Assembly (NCBI GenBank): GCA_951406725.2
Contig: OX597820.1
Span: 124,744,001-124,808,000, forward strand
Origin: Octopus vulgaris
Taxonomy: Eukaryota
Direction: 5' to 3'
Length of the DNA: 64,000 nucleotides
Position 1 is the stretch's first letter. Each line of letters begins with the position of its first letter. The notes beneath the pieces were generated by a model, which had not been told where the DNA came from, ran no database searches, and was given only the letters and a program-made list of their open reading frames with translations. Both the position numbers and the translations under genes were made by a program. Below, piece after piece: positions 55,198-64,000 of this stretch.

Positions 55198-56350
55198 AAA
55201 ATGTAAAGCTGGAATTGTAAAAATGTGCAAAACCTTCTAGAAGTTTATCATTTAAATATATATGAGCATGCCTAGATATGTAACTATAAACATGAAAATG
55301 CATACATAAAGTAAAACATCCAAATCTGCATGTATACATACTATCAAAAATATCCTGTTGTTGCTGGTGAAATTCAAATGAATGAGACTTGAATCTAGGC
55401 TAGAAACCGGCTTTTTTCTCTATCGACAAGAAATCTTGAAATAAAGCTGAACAATGAATCTGGATAATTATTTAAGTTTCATACAGTATATTTTACATAA
55501 AATTACTGGTATATGAACAGTTCGTATATGTTTATATAAAAAGTACATACACTCTGAGTATATTATTAAATTGTTAATTAATTTATCTGGACGAGTGGAC
55601 AAATAAAGAGGACGATATTTGAATATTTATTTATAATTTGCAATGCAAGTTCTATTTCTGAAACATCTCTATTCATAAATTCTAAAGAGCTGCAGGAATG
55701 TAGCCTGAATTATTTCTTTGGCTAATATATTATTGGCCAAAGAAATATATTATTTAAGTCACCCCGTGCACTCTTGCGGTTGCTAGACGATAAATATTAT
55801 ATCCATAAATAATGTATAACACGATATAGACGCATAACTTTTTTTATTGTGTATTTATATTAGCATCATTTTTTTTTTGTACAGTTTATTATCTCTTTCG
55901 TGAATATTTTTAGTTTAGTCTGAAAATTGAATTTTTTTTTCTACTTCTTCGTGAATCTATATTTGCATAATGTCAAATATGAAATTAGCATGGAAGATCT
56001 TACTGCACTCAGATATTTTTAGGTTTGAGAAGTATTCCAGGACTTCAAATTCAATTGTTTATATAAGTCATTTTGCGTTTGGGTTGTTTCATTTCTAAAA
56101 CCATAACGTTGTCCTCGCGCATTCGCTATGCTAATTGAGGCTTTGCAGAGAATGAGATTAAATTGGACCGCAATTTCAGTTGTAATTGGACCGTGTAATG
56201 GTCGTTTTAGAAGCTACACTTCACAAAATAATTTTTCTTGAATTAAGTATATAATTAGTAAAGTTGTGTGCGAATTTTAAGAATATTATAAGATACTATA
56301 TATCGCAAAACATAAATAGGCCTGTTTATACATTATGAAAAACGTGTAAT

Positions 56351-56443
56351 GCCGTGGAGAGCTGGCATCATGCCTGGCAAATTTCTTTGTGGCATTTCCT
56401 CTGTCTTAACGCTCTGAGTTCAAAGTCACCGATGTTGACTTAC
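56351..56443 (+). mobile_element. SINE A 5' half abutting the R4-like LINE
   Basis: ggagagctggca..ggcatttc.tctgtcttaacgctctgagttcaaagtcaccgatgttgact. Confidence 0.55.
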
Positions 56444-57890
56444 CATCTTCAGCTTTTTTTGATACGCCTCGCTGACCTTGACTTTCATTTCTCTGTGTAG
56501 AATGTCATCCAGCTCCCAAATCCCTAAATATCTATAACCACTACCATCGGGTCCACCCATGGTCTCTCCTGATGGTAACTGCAATCCTCTGCAGGATTCT
56601 TTCCTCCCTCTTTTGATATTAATTACTGAGCATTTGGTAATCCCAAGTTCCATACTGATGGTAACTACCACACTTCTGGACTGTTTTCGATAAGGACTAT
56701 ATCTGACTTTCAGATTTCCCAAACAATTTCATGTCATCCGTAAACAGAAGATGGTTCAATGATGGGCGTCTCTTCCCACATTGGTAACCCACCTTAACTT
56801 TCCTAAGTGTCATTGTTATGGGTATTAGTGCAATTACAATTAGTAACGGAGAAAACGAGTCACCTTGGTAGATTCCACATTTAATATTAACTTCTCACAG
56901 GAATGCATTACTTGAGTACAATTTGGTTTTCCACTCTTTCATGTAATGCATCAGAACATTCGTGATGTTGACAGCAGCATCAAATATCTGCAGGTATTCA
57001 ACGATCCAAGAATGGGGCATCATATCATATGCCTTCTTGTATTCAATCCAAGCCATAGACATGTTTGTATAATGTTTTGTACGCTGCCTCAAAACCGTTG
57101 TATCGATGACCAGGTGACCCTTTTTGTTCACTTCGTAGTCTTTCCTCCTGTGCCAAGAAAGTGTTTGTCTTTGCCGCACATATTCCAGTGAGTATCTTCC
57201 AGATTATGTTTAGGCATTCTATAGGACTGTAGTTTCTCACAATATTCCCCTTTCTTCTATATTTCATTATAAGTGTTGTCTTCGCTGTCACCATCCACGC
57301 AGTGACTATACTTTTCTGGACGCACTCATTCAATTGGGCTGCTAGTCTTTCATACACCGCGTGGCATCTCTTTAGACAAAAGCCATGAACCCCATCTCGT
57401 CCGGGGCTTTTCCAGTTAGGCACTTTACCAACTTGTTCCTTCACGTCATCGGTGTTTATGACGATATTTCTTCGTTTCTTTCCTCCTTGTAATTCTGTCT
57501 TGATATTTCCTATCCACAATGCATGCTCTTATGCCACAGTGTTTCCCCATAATCCGCTCCAGTACTCCTTGGCTTGATTTTCATCAAGAGCAACTTATTC
57601 CGAACTACTTATTTCTGTTCACAGATATTCTGATCTACTTGCATTTTGCCATGATCCTCTGTTTTAACTGCTCTATTAATGCATCAAACACATTCTTCCG
57701 TAGTCTGTTTCTTCTCTAATTTTTCTCGGTCGGATTGTTTCCAATTTTTCCAGTTTCCCTTAACCATTGCTCACGTTTTTTCTTAGATCTTGCATTGCCT
57801 GCATTACGTCACTTTCAATACGACATTTCCATCATGTTTTTTTGCTACCCCGTATTTTGTTTTCTTAAGTCGTAATTTCTCCTGTAGAAA
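56444..57890 (-). pseudogene. R4/Dong-like non-LTR retrotransposon RT region, disrupted
   Basis: WKCRIE; PNWKSPGRDGVHGF; NYSPIECLNIIWKILTGI; AWIEYKKAYDMMPHSWI; GIYQGDSFSPLL; NHLLFTDDMKLFG; GYRYLGIWE. Confidence 0.85.
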
Positions 57891-57894
57891 TTTT

Positions 57895-58421
57895 ATTGGT
57901 GTCATCCTTTCTTTTCTTCATAATTGGAGTGGATAGTATGTTTTTGGAGTAGTTGTTGCTTCATAAATTGTTACTGAGCTTGATCATATCTTCGTGGTGT
58001 TTATCACGATCGCTACTTATATACTTTACTCGATGTTTTAGGCACTGACCAATCCCTCTCTTTAAACTGTATGGATAGTGAGAATTCAAGTTGATGTATC
58101 GTTCAGTGAAGGTCGGGTTGCAGTATACCAATGTCATGAATCCGTACTTGGTGCGTGTTATTAATACGTCCAGGAATGCTAGGTGATTATCCTTTTCGTT
58201 TTCCATTGTGAACTCTATGGATGGCATTAATGAGTTCACATGATCTAATAGCACTTGGACATCATCCTGGTGGGACCAGAGAACAAAGGCTTCATCAGCA
58301 TAACTCAGCCATAATATTGGTTTTAGTGGTGTCGATTCTAAAGCCACATTCTCATAGTATTCCATATGTATATTGGCTATTATCAGTGATAATAGCGAAC
58401 CCATAGCTAAAGCCACTTCTT

Positions 58422-58519
<98 letters not shown>

Positions 58520-58668
58520 CCATACTGAAGTAGGTAGTTACTACACAGATATCCAACATTTCCATCAAGTGTCTTATTGGTATATTAGGCTGGAGGATAT
58601 ACCAGCCGAGACGTTGTGTCAATAATAAATAAGATGAGGACAAATATCCGTCAAATGAAAATAATGTT
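57895..58668 (-). mobile_element. Poseidon/Penelope-type RT fragment with inverted pLTR piece at its truncated 5' end
   Basis: LMEMLDICVVTTYF..[TA]n..LAMGSLLSLIIANIHMEYYE..WLSYADE..IEFTMENE..LAFLDVLI..VYCNPT..YINLNSHYP. 58587-58668 is a plus-strand HHR-half plus tail. Confidence 0.85.
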
Positions 58669-58689
58669 ATTTTGTGTCCCATTCCATTA

Positions 58690-58990
58690 AAAACTATTCA
58701 GCGACTTCTTTTCAGTTTTGCTCTTTCATGATATTCAGTAAGTGAATCGTACTATTCCCTCTTCCACATATATCTGTTTGTTTTTTTGTTTTTTTGCGCA
58801 CACAATGTATGCTGCCTCTTGCGACATAACGGCGGTCCGAGGTCAGATTACTGCCCCTGATGCGGACGGTTTTGGAGGTGCTGGGCGGGAAACCATCACC
58901 ATGAACGGTTATAACTTCATTGTCACCGTTAATTCTTTCATTGTTTTGCTGCATCATGATTTCATGATTCGCTCGTGGGGCTCCCACGTG
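58690..58990 (-). mobile_element. Probable N-terminal part of the same R4/Dong-like element
   Basis: Same strand and upstream of 56444-57890. The ORF fragment FPPSTSKTVRIRGSNLTSDRR..RKK..DICGRG loosely resembles R4 N-termini. Confidence 0.35.
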
Positions 58991-60738
58991 AGTTGCTATT
59001 GAGATCCGAATTCTATCTTCCTCTCTTTATTTGTATATACACGTGCACGTGTATGATAAATAACGTGATTGCACTATGTGGCATCCATAACCACAGTGAT
59101 TATCATTATAATTATCGTTTTACCTATAGCATTTAAAAGTATCAATAATATGGATCCCGGTATATTACTGCAGATCTTCGTCACAATTTATCAAATACTC
59201 GGGAAGCGATCTCCTTTCACTCCTTATACTAATTAGTCGTCTACCACCATCCTTTATTTTCATATACTACCTGTTTGCATTTACAGTTAACACTTAATTC
59301 TATCTTTTCGGATCCCTCCCAGAATGGTAATCCAGGGATCATTCTCAACTAATTTTAAGTTCCTTTACTGGTCATTTTAAGTGCTGCCACAATCACTAGT
59401 CTCGTAACCGTTTTGAGATGCTTTCTTTGCTCCAAGTACTGTCGACATCTGCCCAAAGTTCTCTCTGTGTGAAGAAAATTAGTGTTGGTGGGGCTGTGTA
59501 TATGTTTGGATATATGTGCGCGCGCATACGTATTTGTACGCATATGTATGTGTGCATATAAATGCATTTATATGAGTAGATGTAAAATGTGCATCCTTCT
59601 ACTGGCATCGAATGAGAGCTTCTTATGATAGTATGAATTAACATAATCACTAAATTTTTCACTAAAATTCACCACGTTCAAAATTTCTATTATCGAATTT
59701 TTTCAACACACACACAAAAACACAGACACACACAATACATATACATATATATACGCATTTACACACATATGTATAAATGTGCGTGTGTGTATGTCTCACG
59801 ACTTAGTTAAAGAGAGATACAACACTACAGTAGTATTCACTTTCCTTATTAATGTAGGGCATAGAATCAAACATTTGCTCTTCCACAGAAGTAATTGTTC
59901 TACTTCTATCCTGAGATAATCATGAAATTATGGAAAACTCGTTAATCATACCGTGCTACCATAGTTTACTTCCTAGGCAATGATTTATACTTATTACTAG
60001 TAATTACAGCTACTTGAACTGTGACACTTCAGAGTAAATATATTGGTCACACCATTCAAAACTCAACACCCAAAAGGGCTATGATACTGAAAAACTATAT
60101 ATAACCTTTTGTCTTGAAAAAAAAAGAAACAAAAAGCGGCGAATAGAAACCTATGTAGCGAAATAAATCCGTATAAACATGTCCATAAATCTAGTACGTT
60201 TGTTTGCAATAAATGTAATAGAAACACTATGAACAGTCTATCTCTAACACCATTTTCGAATACGGTATTTTTATTCAATGTACCTGAATGCATATTGACC
60301 ATAATAAAATGAATATAATCCCCAGAAAACACCATACAACACGATGATACATTGTTTTCACGTATTTATTATCCATTATGATTATAATATATTTCCTCTG
60401 AGGGTGTTCAAGTCCATTTAAATGGCACTCAAGACAGTTTTATGATGACGCCCGTCAAATTAATGTAGAATAAAAGATTTTGTATTGTAAACATGTTTGA
60501 GAAATACTTCGCTTTCAGTGATAAATTTGTTTTGAAACGTAGAGTTTTGGGGGCGAACAACAGGAGGAAGCAATATTCATTATTGCCATCATTATCGTCA
60601 CACCATCATAATCTCAAGGGAGAAACAAACGGATATTATCTTGATTTTAGGAGAGAAGAAAAGTAAAATGATAAAAAGTGTACGAATAAAGCATGAAATG
60701 CCCGTGCGTGTTACTGATTAATGTATACATACATACAT

Positions 60739-60781
<43 letters not shown>

Positions 60782-60824
60782 TACATACGTATATAAGTAT
60801 GTGAGAGTAGGTACACATATGCCT

Positions 60825-60862
<38 letters not shown>

Positions 60863-62627
60863 GTACATACATATATATATATATATACACATGTTTAAGT
60901 GCACACAGAAAAATCTCATCTATATATATGCATAAACAACCATCTATTGATCTATCTAAATATATATATTTATGTGTGTGTGGATATGTATGTATAATCC
61001 ACGTTGAAAACGTAGAAAGTGCGATATAATTTTAAGAAACCATTTTATCGTTTCGTGGTCCTCTATACGTGGAGTGTACATATTACACTATATTTTATTT
61101 ACGCAATATATTACACAAATACAGGACTATACGCAAACACATACATACACACTCACACACACATGAGAAGTATGTATACATGTATTATATGCCGGCATGT
61201 ACCTCTAAAATTATAGAAGTGTCCAAATGCAGACGTCAAACCGTACCTTTTAAAGCAATACCAACGTGTTTGGTTTGAAATCTTCATTTACTATATGAGT
61301 AGTATCAGATGGAGATTTAGAGACTCATGCTGTCCAGAGATTTGGCGTAGCATGTAAAATGCATAGATCAATCCTTTAGTTTAAAATCAAACATTTTTTA
61401 TCTAAGATAGCATAGTATCAAAAGCTGATACGAAGTGCGTGTGCCTGTGTACTTGTATGTGGATGAAGGTATGCATATATAAATTAGTAAGACAGGTCTG
61501 TAGCATTCCAATGTGAGAAACGATTGCTTCATTAATATATTTAATGACGATAATAGTTACCATCATTGTTGGTAGCATAATTCTGTCTTTTTTGTAACGG
61601 GGTGCCAGTTATGATGCTACTTGAAATCTGTGTGTAAAAAATCATGAAGGACCATATTAACAAATGTTATACAGTAAAACGACAAGATATTTCATTAGTT
61701 TCTATGTTGGAATAACTGTTAGAGAAGAGATGGATTTTAAACTGACCTGTTGTCAGAGAAAATGATATTTCAATTTAAAATACTTTTCCTCAAACCATGT
61801 CATAGACCCAATCAGTCAAATTTTATTTGTCTCAAAGTTATACAATCTTATCCAAAGTCATAAAATTCTGTGCGCAATTTAGTTAAAAACTTATTCACCA
61901 AAGACGTGTCCAAGATATCCTTCTTCTATATGTTCGGCGTTGCATGCTGATGGCGTTGCATTACCCCCTAATTGGATGAAATTATCACTCTACCTTCACT
62001 AAATCACGCTCATATAGCATAAAAAGATTAATCTATATAAGTTGCTATAAGAAGGTGGATGAAGATTACCGTTTGTGGAATTTATATATGGAAAAGTCTC
62101 AAGTTGACATTAAAATAAATGAGGTGACAGAATGATCTCGTCAGTTTCTTCCGGTAAGAAAACCCAACGGCTTTCTAATAAGATCAACAAATAACTCATA
62201 CCAAATATCTCAAATGTGTAAGAATGAAACTTATACAGATTTGATAGAAAGCAATGTTTTGCGGAAAGAATCCATTTAAGTTAATTATAAACTGCAATGT
62301 TTGCTCCCAAGCATAAGACATGAACCAGGTTTACAGACTGATATTCGAATAGATATCCTTAGCAAAAAATATATTTCTGCAGCTCTCTTACAATTTATCT
62401 TCATTATTTATATTCTACCGAGCTGACAGAAACATAATACAGCAAATATATGTTCACGATGCAGAATAATATAGGTGAGAGTCCTTATCGTAATGTAGGT
62501 GCATACATATTTGTATATATAGATACATATATATACTTGCTTATACAATAATACACGCTAACATACACACATATACATACATATAATATATATATTCACA
62601 TACACATACATATATATATATACATAT

Positions 62628-62707
62628 ATGAATATATAAAAATTACTACATATTTCTAAAAACGCGTATATATATGAATATATAAAAATTGCTATATATT
62701 TCTAAAA

Positions 62708-62720
<13 letters not shown>
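62628..62720 (+). repeat. 46-bp tandem duplication
   Basis: atgaatatataaaaatt.cta.atatttctaaaaacgcg occurs twice. Confidence 0.85.
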
Positions 62721-62745
<25 letters not shown>

Positions 62746-63663
62746 GTATGTAAATATATATATGCTTGTTTACCTCTAATTGCTTCCATATATGATTGTA
62801 CGTGCGTATGTGCACGCGCGCGTGTGTCTGTATGCTTGCGTGTCAGTGTGTGTGTGTGGGTGGGTGTGCCTGTGGATGTATTCATACACGCACATACATA
62901 TAAGTATATCTATTGGATTTCTTTGCATTATTGACTTCTAAAATTCCCACATCAGTCCGCATATAAATCCTCGTGCGGAAACACTTCGCTGATTATAAGT
63001 AGAGATGATAAACGTGCACATTCTTAATGCATATGTCTTGGCAAAACGTCGTTTCTTTTTTTTACTATTTCATTAGTTTTTATATTATATCTATGGATCA
63101 AACTCAGTAAACAACGAGTGCAGTTTTCTACATCAATTCCATCATGCAATTGTTATTACAATTTGGGAGTGCCATTTTGCTAATTAAAACATGCGTAATA
63201 ATTCCCGATTATATAATGTTACTTTTATTATTGTTTCCCTAATGTTATCTGGTTACCTAATTAACTAAACAATAGTTGGAGTAATTTTTGATCAGTCATT
63301 CAGTGCCATCTTCTGAAATATGTTGTTGCTTCCTGTGACATTATCAAAGCAGATACGAAACAATAGGTATATCAGATATATATGAGAGCTAGGGATCTGT
63401 GTGTAAGATGAAAGCTAGCTTGAAGCAATTCGTATTATATACAATAAAAACTTTCTGAAAGAAGTGTTGTTTGTTGTGAAGTACTTTTGTGGAATTTTTT
63501 CATTTCGAATTACGATAAACTGAAAAAAGTTCTTAATCAAGTTATCCTTCGCCTGAAAAGTAGCCTGCGGTAAGCACCTCGCTTTGATATTCACCACTTC
63601 TCAGGTTCTGCGCGTTACGAACCTTATACAGCTCGGATCTTTTCTGCTCCATCCCTTTACTCT

Positions 63664-63707
<44 letters not shown>

Positions 63708-63723
63708 CAGACACACACATAAA

Positions 63724-63790
<67 letters not shown>

Positions 63791-64000
63791 TACAAGAGAT
63801 AATTTTCCTTTCTTTTTATGGAAACAATATACATATAGTTGAAAATATGCGGCAAACATATATAAAAAGTGGAAAAGAAATAACTACGCTCCATATAGTT
63901 TAATACCTTTTTATAAATATATACATATTATATGGATGTTGTGAAATCTAACCGGTATTCGCCTTTAAATTAGCTTTTCAAGGGATATTGTACTGTAATC

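Overview
AT-rich, microsatellite-dense eukaryotic DNA. The repeat families resemble those of coleoid cephalopods, most likely Octopus (inference from recalled repeat families). I found no supportable host protein-coding exon; almost all listed ORFs are translations of (TA)n/(CA)n tracts. The window is a graveyard of mobile elements: two abundant tRNA-derived SINE families, CR1-like, RTE and R4/Dong LINE fragments, a mariner with a nested RTE tail and a ~0.93 kb tandem duplication, a Helitron-like 5' end, and several Penelope-like elements (PLEs), including a Naiad-type copy with 176-bp inverted pLTR segments. The main unexplained signal is about nine minimal type I hammerhead-ribozyme (HHR) motifs, some intact and some decayed. 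One has a compensatory G3-C8 core swap (29278-29328, minus). Another sits in the tail of a tRNA-headed SINE (19052-19392). That tail also occurs, inverted, at the truncated 5' end of a Poseidon-like PLE RT fragment (58587-58668), which suggests a ribozyme-bearing SINE mobilised by a PLE. All alignments and folds were done by eye.
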